In this document: piece by piece, positions 9,655 through 18,130 of the stretch
How positions within the stretch are numbered: position 1 is the first letter of the stretch
Layout of the letters: every line of letters begins with the position of its first letter
Position numbers and translations under genes: made by a program
Notes under the pieces: generated by a model
What the model was told of the DNA's origin: nothing
The model's input: the letters and a program-made list of their open reading frames with translations, nothing else
The model's database searches: none
Source: Promethearchaeota archaeon
Lineage (GTDB): Archaea; Asgardarchaeota; Lokiarchaeia; Sigyniarchaeales; SOKP01
DNA length: 34,174 nucleotides
NCBI GenBank assembly: GCA_048938895.1
Contig: JBHLLU010000024.1
Coordinates: 1-34,174 of the forward strand
Direction of reading: 5' to 3'

Positions 9655-12360
9655 TTGTGGTTCAGATGCTTTTGAAACTATTTCCACCATAATTACATGT
9701 TCAGCTTCAATATTTCCTTCATTATCAACAGCTTGATATGTAATAGTATGCCCTCCATATTTATAACTGGATAGTGTGAATGGTCCAATATAATCAAACC
9801 AAGTAGAATCATCAATTTTATAGCGAATCAGGGATATTCCAGACCCTAATCCGTCATCCGCAGTTAAAGTGAATAATGTTGATTTCAGCACCTCATTAGT
9901 ACCGCTATATGGAGTAAAATCAATGGAAGATATAGGTGCTATTGTATCAGTGCGTTCTACTAAAAGGGTTTGAATAATTTCAGTGTTACCAACACTATCA
10001 ATAGCTTGATAAGAAATAAGTATATCTCCGTAAAGATAACTTGCTAGAGTAAATGGTGTGCTATATGTAATCCAGCTAGAATCATTAATTTTATATTGAA
10101 TAAGAGAAACTCCAGAGCCTAATCCATCATCCGCAGTTAGTGTAAAGTCAGTTGATTCATTAACTATATCAATTCCGCTATGTGGGGTAAATTCGATCAA
10201 ACTTATTGGAGCATATGTATCTTTCCAGATGGTAATTTCAGCAAATCCCTCTAGTCCCCAAGTATCATTTGCAAAAAATTGGATGGTAACAGAACCATTA
10301 GTTAATTTATCCCATTCCGTTTGATTAACCATTCCTGATAATAGATTAAAAGTTATGTTTATTCCTCCATTCAGATTATACCATGTAGAATGCAAATTAG
10401 ATTCGGTAATTGAAATTTCAAAATTAGGGGCAACCATTCCAAAGAATTCATTATAATTTGGTGAGATAATAAAAACCTCAGGATAATATAGTGTAGTAAA
10501 GTATCTAATTTCAGATTGATAGGTAATACCCATAGAAAAATTCCATAAGATTTGAATTGTATGAACTCCTTCACTTGGAAAGGGAATTGTAGTATTTCCA
10601 AATATAGTTTTATTACTCGCGCCATCTAAAGAATAACCCAACCAATCAGGGTTTATAATGGTTTCAAAACTCAATAGTAAACCTTCATTAAGATTATCTC
10701 CAACGGTATAACTAGGATCCCATGAATAACCAACAGCATCAATCCACCTCGTTGTTGTGGCTGCATCACCTGTAAATATGTTGAAGGTATCAATCGAAGT
10801 ACCATTATCACGAAAAGGTATTGAGCCTGAACTTATTCCATCTATGATAACTTCATATGTGTATTGGGATAATCCCTGGTATCCACCTGATGTTGATTCA
10901 AAATGGATTCTAAGGTGTTGCCACACATTATCTTGGGATCCAAGAACATTAGGAATTAGTGTATCAACTACTCCATCATAAGAATACCAGTGTTCATTTA
11001 TAAGTCTAATGGACACCCTATTCTCAACTAAATCCGTATCCATGAGTCTAACCATACCTCCATCTGTAGCATCACCAGGACAAAACCAAAATTCTGTCGT
11101 ACCATATGCTTGATCCGTGAAATAATTGTTTAGTCTCGCTTTTGCTCCTCCATTATTGTCATAGACTTCCAGAACATTATAATGTCCATTTTTCTCCGCA
11201 ATGACTTGTGAGCCACAATTAGAGTCTGAAGCAGAATCATCCCAATCAAGAGCATCGCCTCCGATTGCATCGCTCTCAAATCCATATGTCGCAGGGTAAT
11301 ATCCACTCATTGACTGGGAATATGTTTTATTTGTAGGAGTAAATATGTAGATTGGATAAATAGAGAAATACACTTTATTTGAATGAAACTCTTCTCCCAC
11401 TGAATCATTTCCAAAAACCTGAATATTGTGCACTCCATTATTAGGGAAAGGAATTGTTGTATTTCCCACGATAGTTTTATTAGCTAACCCATCTAAAGAA
11501 TACCCTTGCCAATCTGGGCTAAATTGCATCCCATAACTTAGTAGTAAACCTTCATTAAGATTATCTCCAACGGTATAACTAGGATCCCATGAATAACCAA
11601 CAGCATCAATCCACCTCGTTGTTGTGGCTGCATCACCTGTAAATATGTTGAAGGTATCAATCGAAGTACCATTATCACGAAAAGGTATTGAGCCTGAACT
11701 TATTCCATCTATGATAACTTCATATGTGTATTGGGATAATCCCTGGTATCCACCTGATGTTGATTCAAAATGGATTCTAAGGTGTTGCCACACATTATCT
11801 TGGGATCCAAGAACATTAGGAATTAGTGTATCAACTACTCCATCATAAGAATACCAGTGTTCATTTATAAGTCTAATGGACACCCTATTCTCAACTAAAT
11901 CCGTATCCATGAGTCTAACCATACCTCCATCTGTAGCATCACCAGGACAAAACCAAAATTCTGTCGTACCATATGCTTGATCCGTGAAATAATTGTTTAG
12001 TCTCGCTTTTGCTCCTCCATTATTGTCATAGACTTCCAGAACATTATAATGTCCATTTTTCTCCGCAATGACTTGTGAGCCACAATTAGAGTCTGAAGCA
12101 GAATCATCCCAATCAAGAGCATCGCCTCCGATTGCATCGCTCTCAAATCCATATGTCGCAGGGTAATATCCACTCATTGGTTTAACGTAAGTTTTATTTT
12201 CTGGGGTTGATATAGAAATTTCACCAGCATTAGTTTCAGGAATTAAGAATTCTGAATTAGATGTTGTATATAGCCTTGAGTTAAATCCGTTAATAAGAGA
12301 ACAAATTAAAAACAGATTGAGATATAAAAGAAAATATTTGGTTTTCCTATTTAAATTCAT
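9571..12360 (-). CDS. Secreted cell-surface protein: signal peptide, two Ig-like modules each carrying an inserted ~210-aa beta-rich (lectin/LamG-like?) domain, a third Ig-like domain, two OmpL47/Big-like repeats, Loki-CTERM-type anchor
   Basis: Basic and hydrophobic N-terminus; repeated P.NKTY…YSLDG..NKTI.GNTTIPFP..GVH.IQ; DT.APIS…TLTADDGLGSG…YQA.D..GN twice; C-terminal IPGY + TM helix + KNKSKI; many NxS/T sequons. Confidence 0.85.
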   Translation of the reverse strand: MNLNRKTKYFLLYLNLFLICSLINGFNSRLYTTSNSEFLIPETNAGEISISTPENKTYVKPMSGYYPATYGFESDAIGGDALDWDDSASDSNCGSQVIAEKNGHYNVLEVYDNNGGAKARLNNYFTDQAYGTTEFWFCPGDATDGGMVRLMDTDLVENRVSIRLINEHWYSYDGVVDTLIPNVLGSQDNVWQHLRIHFESTSGGYQGLSQYTYEVIIDGISSGSIPFRDNGTSIDTFNIFTGDAATTTRWIDAVGYSWDPSYTVGDNLNEGLLLSYGMQFSPDWQGYSLDGLANKTIVGNTTIPFPNNGVHNIQVFGNDSVGEEFHSNKVYFSIYPIYIFTPTNKTYSQSMSGYYPATYGFESDAIGGDALDWDDSASDSNCGSQVIAEKNGHYNVLEVYDNNGGAKARLNNYFTDQAYGTTEFWFCPGDATDGGMVRLMDTDLVENRVSIRLINEHWYSYDGVVDTLIPNVLGSQDNVWQHLRIHFESTSGGYQGLSQYTYEVIIDGISSGSIPFRDNGTSIDTFNIFTGDAATTTRWIDAVGYSWDPSYTVGDNLNEGLLLSFETIINPDWLGYSLDGASNKTIFGNTTIPFPSEGVHTIQILWNFSMGITYQSEIRYFTTLYYPEVFIISPNYNEFFGMVAPNFEISITESNLHSTWYNLNGGINITFNLLSGMVNQTEWDKLTNGSVTIQFFANDTWGLEGFAEITIWKDTYAPISLIEFTPHSGIDIVNESTDFTLTADDGLGSGVSLIQYKINDSSWITYSTPFTLASYLYGDILISYQAIDSVGNTEIIQTLLVERTDTIAPISSIDFTPYSGTNEVLKSTLFTLTADDGLGSGISLIRYKIDDSTWFDYIGPFTLSSYKYGGHTITYQAVDNEGNIEAEHVIMVEIVSKASEPQIPGYHLLTILSIIGIVSSILIKNKSKI
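9676..10221 (-). repeat. Two diverged tandem ~91-aa OmpL47/Big-like domain repeats (273-nt period)
   Basis: DTYAPIS… starts at 10221 and DTIAPIS… at 9948. They share FTLTADDGLGSG.SLI.YKI.DS.W..Y..PFTL.SY.YG. Confidence 0.85.
10675..11312. repeat. 638-bp direct repeat, copy A
   Basis: Matches 11542-12179 (offset 867) with no mismatch found by eye. Mismatches start immediately outside (10674 a vs 11541 g; 11313 a vs 12180 g). Confidence 0.95.
11542..12179. repeat. 638-bp direct repeat, copy B
   Basis: Identical to 10675-11312. The ORF track also shows identical antisense ORFs at 10757 and 11624. Confidence 0.95.
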
Positions 12361-12584
12361 AATTTATCACATATAGTCAAGATTTTTATCTATAAAGTAA
12401 GATATTCTAACTCCTTTATAAATTCTTTTAAATGAACTTTCAAATTAAAAGTTTTTTATTTAAAAACAGTTTTACACCCTCATTCTTATTATTAAGCCTC
12501 TTTTTATAGAAGAAAATAATCAGAAAATTAATTCTACCACTATAAAAAAAGTTCTGTAAGCATAATTTTTTTAGTAAACATACA

Positions 12585-12592
12585 TTTATATT
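12585..12592 (+). promoter_or_regulatory. Candidate TATA box for the phe leader transcript
   Basis: TTTATATT ~33 nt before the leader ATG; weak evidence in an AT-rich context. Confidence 0.35.
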
Positions 12593-12624
12593 AAAAAGTA
12601 AATATTGATTGAGATGAGATTATA

Positions 12625-12708
12625 ATGGATCTTTCTTATTACGAAATAAATAAAAATTTCAATCAAGTTCAATTTTTTTGTTTTTTCTTTATTCTGCCAA
12701 GGGATTAA
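12625..12708 (+). CDS. Putative Phe-rich leader peptide of pheS-pheT-pheA (MDLSYYEINKNFNQVQFFCFFFILPRD, 27 aa)
   Basis: ATG 12625 to TAA 12706-12708. Six Phe codons, five of them within TTT TTT TGT TTT TTC TTT (12673-12690). The stop codon lies inside the 5' arm of a hairpin, and the ORF ends 200 nt upstream of pheS. Confidence 0.55.
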   Translation: MDLSYYEINKNFNQVQFFCFFFILPRD

Positions 12709-12737
12709 AGATTCAATTTAGAAAGTGATCCCTTGGC
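12696..12737 (+). promoter_or_regulatory. RNA hairpin in the pheS upstream region (candidate attenuator element)
   Basis: GCCAAGGGATTA (12696-12707) pairs with TGATCCCTTGGC (12726-12737): 10 consecutive Watson-Crick pairs plus U-G and A-U. The U-G wobble forms only on the + strand. The stem is GC-rich within a very AT-rich spacer. Confidence 0.7.
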
Positions 12738-12840
12738 TTTGGATATTTTAAAATATTACTAAATCTGATAATTAAGTAAAAATTAAACTTATTAAGTTGT
12801 TCTAATTCAAGATCGGGTAAAATTAAACGATTTTATTCAC

Positions 12841-12854
12841 AAAAAATTTATATA
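12841..12854 (+). promoter_or_regulatory. BRE/TATA-like element proximal to pheS
   Basis: AAAAAA followed by TTTATATA (12847-12854), ~55 nt upstream of the pheS ATG. Confidence 0.5.
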
Positions 12855-12908
12855 CATTAGAGATTTTAAAAATAATAACAAAAGAATAAAGATTAACAAC
12901 TGAAGTTT

Positions 12909-14450
12909 ATGACCATCAAATTAAAAAAACAAACTATCGAAGTTTTAAAGGTGCTTAAGAAAAAGCGATCTAATGTAGTTGCTGCTGATATTGCTGAAGA
13001 AATGGAAATTGATTATATTGTGCTTATGTCCGCGATAAATGAATTAATTGAGCACACTCTAGGTGGATTCAAAGAGGAAGAGCTCTATCAAATTTCTTTA
13101 AATGATGAAGGGAAGAAATATTTGAAAATAGGTTTACCTGAGCGTCAATTATTGAATTTGATGTTAGAAGAGAAGATTAAAGAAATCCCTTTTGAGGAAT
13201 TACTGAAGAAATCAAACTTAAACGAAGATATCTTCTTCATTGGGATCTCAAATTTAAAGAAAAGAAGATGGATAAGTCAAAGTAAAGCTACTGGGGAAAA
13301 TAAAATATTTCTTATTGTAGATGAATTTCCTCAAACCAATTTAGAAAAATTCTTGAAAAGATTTGAAGAAAGGGACACATTAGATTATTCTAAATTATCT
13401 AAAGCTGATGTAAAACTCTTAGATATATTGAATAAAAGGAAATTAATAGATAAAAAGCGTAAAACAAATCGAATATTATACTTGACTGATACAGGAAAAA
13501 GTATTACAGTTTCTAAGATTAAAGAATTAACTCAAGTAAGTAAAATTACCTCTGAGATGCTCAGTTCAGGTACTTGGGAAAAGTATGAATTAAAACCTTT
13601 TGATGTAACTAAACCGGGTCCATTATTAAAAGCGGGAAAAATACACCCTTTGATAAACCTAATTAATGAAATAAGAGAAATTTTCTTATCAATGGGATTT
13701 ACAGAGATAAGAGGTCCAATTATAGAGAGTGCTTTTTACAATTTTGATGCATTATTTCAACCTCAAGATCATCCTGCACGTGAAATGCAAGATACATTTT
13801 ATCTTAATAATCCAGATAAGGCAAGATTACCAGAAAAGGATAGAGTTATGGCAGTAAAGGAAATGCATGAAAATGGGGGAGAATCAGGTTCTACAGGATG
13901 GGACTACAAGTGGGATATTGAAATAGCTAAAAAGACAGTCTTAAGAACTCATACTACAGCTACAACTATGCGTAGATTGGCTGAATTTTATAGAAATAAT
14001 GATAAAGTTCCTGTTAAAGTATTTTGTATTGATCGAGTATTCCGTAATGAAAAAGTTGATAAATCACATCTAGCAGAATTCACCCAAATAGAAGGAATTG
14101 TAATTGATGATAATGTAACTTTATGTGATTTAATTGGTTTATTATCCGAGTTTTATAGAAAAATGGGATTTAAAAAGATTATTACAAGACCCGGATTTTT
14201 CCCTTATACTGAACCATCAATGGAAGTATCTGTATATTATGATAAATTTGGGGAATGGCTAGAAATGGGAGGATCAGGAATCTTTCGTCCCGAAGTGACT
14301 TATCCTTGGGGATTAAAAGAACCAACCCGAGTTTTGGCTTGGGGGCAAGGACTTGAACGAATTGCAATTCCATATTATGGTAGAAAAGATATTAGAGATT
14401 TTTATATCAATCCTTTGAATTGGCTAAGACAACAATCATATTTAAAATAA
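12909..14450 (+). CDS. pheS: Phenylalanine--tRNA ligase alpha subunit (archaeal/eukaryotic type)
   Basis: 513 aa with N-terminal DNA-binding-like domains (GLPE), NFDALFQPQDHPAREMQDTFY, LRTHTT, VFRNE.VD.SHLAEF.Q.EG, FPYTEPS, GGSGIFRPE, LAWGQGLER. Confidence 0.98.
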   Translation: MTIKLKKQTIEVLKVLKKKRSNVVAADIAEEMEIDYIVLMSAINELIEHTLGGFKEEELYQISLNDEGKKYLKIGLPERQLLNLMLEEKIKEIPFEELLKKSNLNEDIFFIGISNLKKRRWISQSKATGENKIFLIVDEFPQTNLEKFLKRFEERDTLDYSKLSKADVKLLDILNKRKLIDKKRKTNRILYLTDTGKSITVSKIKELTQVSKITSEMLSSGTWEKYELKPFDVTKPGPLLKAGKIHPLINLINEIREIFLSMGFTEIRGPIIESAFYNFDALFQPQDHPAREMQDTFYLNNPDKARLPEKDRVMAVKEMHENGGESGSTGWDYKWDIEIAKKTVLRTHTTATTMRRLAEFYRNNDKVPVKVFCIDRVFRNEKVDKSHLAEFTQIEGIVIDDNVTLCDLIGLLSEFYRKMGFKKIITRPGFFPYTEPSMEVSVYYDKFGEWLEMGGSGIFRPEVTYPWGLKEPTRVLAWGQGLERIAIPYYGRKDIRDFYINPLNWLRQQSYLK

Positions 14451-14459
14451 GGTGAGATA

Positions 14460-16142
14460 ATGCCAACAATTGAGTTAAAGGTTGAAAGGTTAGAAAAATT
14501 AGTCGGTAGAAGATTAGATTTAAAGGAATTAGAATATGATCTCCAATGGATTAGCTTAGATTTAGAAGATATTAATGAAGAAGAACAAAAAGTTAAGGTT
14601 GAATATAATCCTAATAGACCGGATTTTTCTAGTCCGGAGGGTATTGCAAGAGCATTAAAAGGGTATTATGAAATTGAGGAGGGCCTTCCATCTTATGAAG
14701 TTCTCTCAGGAGAAACTGAATTAAAAGTAGATCCTATTGTTAACAAAGTACGTCCTTATATAGTCTGTGGAGTCATAAGAGATATTGATTTAGATGAAGA
14801 TGAGGTAGCTACATTAATGAATATTCAAGAACACCTACATTGGGCTGTTGGAAGGGATAGAAAAAAGGTTGCCATTGGTGTTCATGATTTTGATAAAGTT
14901 ACTCCCCCATATAGATATACAGCAGTAAAACCAGATGCTGTTAGTTTTGTCCCATTACATGGAGACGGATATCCTATGAATCTAGAAGAAATTTTATTAC
15001 TACACGATAAAGGCATTGAGTATGCTCATATTTTAGAAGGAAAGGAAGTATACCCTATAATTTTTGATAAAAATGATGAAGTACTATCTTTTCCACCTGT
15101 TATTAATGGAGTTCTTACAACAGTAACGGATGATACTAAAAATTTGTTTTTAGATTTAACAGGAACAGATTTAAAAGCAGTCAATTTAGCATTAAACATA
15201 TTATCGACCACATTAATGGATATGGGAGCAAAATTGGAAACGGTAAAAGTAATTTATGAAGGAAAATATGAAATGATTACACCTGATTTGAGCCCAAAAA
15301 AATGGATGGTTCATAACGATTATATAAATAACATAATTGGTTTAAATTTAACAATTTCAGAGATGATAAGATGTTTTAAAAAAGTGAGATTGGATGCTGT
15401 TGAATCGAAAAAGAAAGGGTATTTAGATATACTAGTTCCTGCCTATAGAGGGGATATAATGCATCCCATTGATTTTACTGAGGAATGTGCCATTGGGTAT
15501 GGCTATATAAATTTACCTCTTACAATTCGAGAAGGCGGAATTGGTCAATACCATCCCATACAAGATTATTCAAATCGCATAAGAAAAATATTGATTGGGG
15601 GGGGATATCTAGAAGTGATTAATTTTATTCTAACAAATTCAGAGAAACAATTTTTGTATATGAATCAAGATTCTGAGGCAGCTAATAATATTGAGATCGC
15701 TAATCCTGTCTCTAAAGAATTCGATACAACCAGAACGAAAATACTTCCCAAATTGATGGATAACTTACTTTTAAACAGATCTGAAGAAAAGCCAATTAGA
15801 ATTTTCGAAGTGGGTGATGTGATATTACTTTCACCTCAAGAAGAAACAGGAACTAAAAGAGAAGTACATTTATCTGCAGTATCTTACCATGAAAATGCAA
15901 ATTATACCGAAATAAAATCAACATTAGATTATATTATGACCTCTCTTGGGTATTATAATGATTATGAGGTTAAACCCGGAAAAAATCCAAGTTATATCGA
16001 TGGTCGGTACGGAATAATTTATTTTAGAAATAAGATAATTGGTGAAATTGGTGAAATCCAACCAAAAGTTTTATTAAATTTTAGATTAGAATTTCCTGTT
16101 TCGGCATTTGAACTAAATATCGAACCATTTTTGAATTTTTAA
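14460..16142 (+). CDS. pheT: Phenylalanine--tRNA ligase beta subunit (archaeal/eukaryotic type)
   Basis: MPTI, NPNRPD..S.EGIARAL, GRDRKKVAIGVHD, VLSFPPVING, VPAYRGDIMH..D..EE.AIGYGY, IANP; SD GGTGA at 14451. Confidence 0.98.
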   Translation: MPTIELKVERLEKLVGRRLDLKELEYDLQWISLDLEDINEEEQKVKVEYNPNRPDFSSPEGIARALKGYYEIEEGLPSYEVLSGETELKVDPIVNKVRPYIVCGVIRDIDLDEDEVATLMNIQEHLHWAVGRDRKKVAIGVHDFDKVTPPYRYTAVKPDAVSFVPLHGDGYPMNLEEILLLHDKGIEYAHILEGKEVYPIIFDKNDEVLSFPPVINGVLTTVTDDTKNLFLDLTGTDLKAVNLALNILSTTLMDMGAKLETVKVIYEGKYEMITPDLSPKKWMVHNDYINNIIGLNLTISEMIRCFKKVRLDAVESKKKGYLDILVPAYRGDIMHPIDFTEECAIGYGYINLPLTIREGGIGQYHPIQDYSNRIRKILIGGGYLEVINFILTNSEKQFLYMNQDSEAANNIEIANPVSKEFDTTRTKILPKLMDNLLLNRSEEKPIRIFEVGDVILLSPQEETGTKREVHLSAVSYHENANYTEIKSTLDYIMTSLGYYNDYEVKPGKNPSYIDGRYGIIYFRNKIIGEIGEIQPKVLLNFRLEFPVSAFELNIEPFLNF

Positions 16143-16163
16143 AATTAATATTAGTGATAAAAT

Positions 16164-17267
16164 ATGAACAATCAGACTAGTTTGAAGAAGGAGTTAGAAA
16201 ATCTAAGAGAAAATATTAATAAAATCGATGATAAGATTATTGAACTTTTAAATCACCGTGGAAAAATTGTAAGTAAAATAGGTGATATTAAAAACAAATT
16301 AAAATTGAAAGTTCATCAACCTCAGAGAGAAAAAGAAATATTTGAAAGGCTAAAACGTAAATCGGAAGTTTTCAATGGTTCAAGTATCGAAGCAATATGG
16401 AAAGAAATAATCAGCGCTAGTAAACTCATTCAAGGGATGATCAATAAAATAGGATACCTAGGACCTGAAGGAACTTTTACTCATCAAGCAGCTTTAGAAT
16501 ATTTTCCTAAAGCAGGATCAGAATTTTTTCCCACTACAAATTCACTAGAAATATTTGAGAAATTGGAAAAGGGAATTATTGATTTTGGGGTAATTCCTAT
16601 TGAAAATAGCCTTCAAGGGACAGTTAGAGATACACTTGATTTGTTAATTGAAAAAGAAATGTTTATCTATGGGGAAATCGAGTTAAGAATTGTCCAAAAT
16701 CTAATCTCTGTTGAGAATTCAGATTTATCAAAAATTCAAAATATTATTTCACACCCGCAAGCTTTTGCTCAAACTAGGATATGGCTTAAAGAGAATTTAC
16801 CCAAAGTTAATCTAGTCAGTGTGAATTCAACAGCTGAAGCGATACGTAGAGTTCAAGAATTAAATGATAATTCCTATGCTGCAATTGGACCTGAATTCTC
16901 CAGTAAACTCTATAATTTGAAGATTTTAAGTTCAAATATCGAAGATAATCCATTGAATTATACAAGATTTTTGATTATTTCAAAAAAAGAAAATAGATTT
17001 AAAGAAGGAAAACTAAAAACTTCAGTAATTTTTGTTACAAAACATACTCCAGGAGCGCTATATGCCGTATTGAAAATTTATGCTGATGCGAATATTAATT
17101 TATTAAAAATTGAATCTCGTCCGAGGAGAAGAGGACGTTGGGAGTATATTTTTTTAATGGATTTTGAGGGAGATAAAGAAGATCCTAAGATTAAGAACAT
17201 TTTTGAAAATATGAGTAATAATGTGATATGGTACAAAATATTAGGAACTTATTCTATGGCGAAATAG
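16164..17267 (+). CDS. pheA: Bifunctional chorismate mutase / prephenate dehydratase with ACT domain (P-protein)
   Basis: AroQ-type LR..I..ID..I..LL..R…K…RE; PDT motifs YLGPEGTFT, PIENS, SHPQA and NYTRF; ACT motif INL.KIESRP. Confidence 0.96.
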   Translation: MNNQTSLKKELENLRENINKIDDKIIELLNHRGKIVSKIGDIKNKLKLKVHQPQREKEIFERLKRKSEVFNGSSIEAIWKEIISASKLIQGMINKIGYLGPEGTFTHQAALEYFPKAGSEFFPTTNSLEIFEKLEKGIIDFGVIPIENSLQGTVRDTLDLLIEKEMFIYGEIELRIVQNLISVENSDLSKIQNIISHPQAFAQTRIWLKENLPKVNLVSVNSTAEAIRRVQELNDNSYAAIGPEFSSKLYNLKILSSNIEDNPLNYTRFLIISKKENRFKEGKLKTSVIFVTKHTPGALYAVLKIYADANINLLKIESRPRRRGRWEYIFLMDFEGDKEDPKIKNIFENMSNNVIWYKILGTYSMAK

Positions 17268-17385
17268 GAGAAATTTAATTAAAAGTAACTTTTTTACTTT
17301 ACAATTAATATTATTATATACATTTTTCAAAATTGAATATTAATTCATGTTAAAGATCTTACTTATAAAATTAGGTTTTCTATAA

Positions 17386-18102
17386 ATGACTGAAAATATA
17401 AGGGTTGATGGTCGGAAGTTTAATGAGATTAGAAAAATTACGATTAAACGAAATTATCTTAAATATCCAGAAGGTTCTGTATTAATTACACAAGGTGGAA
17501 CTAAAATTATAGTAACTGCTTCAATAATCGAATCTGTGCCAAGATTTCTAGTAGACACTGGAACTGGTTGGATTACAGCAGAATACTCAATGTTACCAAG
17601 AGCAACTCAAGTAAGAAATCAAAGAGATACAAATAGAGGAAGATCCATGGAAATTCAACGAATAATTGGTCGTAGTATGCGTGCTGCGTTTAATTATGAG
17701 AAACTTGGTGAACGAACAGTTAGAATTGATTGTGATGTGATACAAGCAGATGGCGGTACTCGCTGTGCGGCCATAACGGGAGCTTTTGTTGCTGTTTTTG
17801 ATGCAATGAATTACCTTTATAACCAACAGCTAATATATGATTTTCCGGATTATAAGGTTCTAGCAGCGATTTCAGTAGGCATAAAGAATGGTAAAAGTTT
17901 ATTAGATCTAAATTATATCGAGGATTCTAAAGTGGATGTTGATTTTAATTTAGTTATGAACGAAGATTCTGAAATTATTGAAGTTCAAGGAACTGCTGAA
18001 GGTGCTCCTTTTAGTCATAGTAAATTGAATGAAGTGATCGAATTAGGTCAAAAAGGTATATTAGAAATAATTAAAATTCAGAAAAAAGAACTTAATATTT
18101 AA
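17386..18102 (+). CDS. rph: Ribonuclease PH, bacterial type
   Basis: R.DGR, EGS, VPRFL…G.GWITAEYSMLPRAT, GRS.EIQR.IGRS.RA, LGERT..IDCDVIQADGGTR.AAITGA, DL.Y.EDS, EVQGTAEG.PF. Confidence 0.93.
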   Translation: MTENIRVDGRKFNEIRKITIKRNYLKYPEGSVLITQGGTKIIVTASIIESVPRFLVDTGTGWITAEYSMLPRATQVRNQRDTNRGRSMEIQRIIGRSMRAAFNYEKLGERTVRIDCDVIQADGGTRCAAITGAFVAVFDAMNYLYNQQLIYDFPDYKVLAAISVGIKNGKSLLDLNYIEDSKVDVDFNLVMNEDSEIIEVQGTAEGAPFSHSKLNEVIELGQKGILEIIKIQKKELNI

Positions 18103-18130
18103 CCTCAATCTTTTTAAAAAACTCTAAAAT

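Noticed and set aside
10371-11848. ORFs at 10371 (-), 10757 (+) and 11624 (+)
   Set aside because: Alternative-frame or antisense shadows inside the surface-protein gene; the identical pair simply reflects the duplication.
10675-12179. 638-bp repeat as a diversity-generating retroelement TR/VR pair or IS copies
   Set aside because: No adenine-specific mismatches (no mismatches seen at all), no reverse transcriptase, transposase or terminal inverted repeats; both copies are in-frame coding.
12696-12737. Hairpin as a SECIS element, T-box or classic intrinsic terminator
   Set aside because: No AUGA/GA kink-turn core and no TGA-readthrough selenoprotein seen nearby; no UGGN-ACC T-box bulge; only three U follow the stem and no long gene ends there.
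14182-17826. Minus-strand ORFs at 14182, 15026 and 17593
   Set aside because: Antisense shadows of pheS, pheT and rph.
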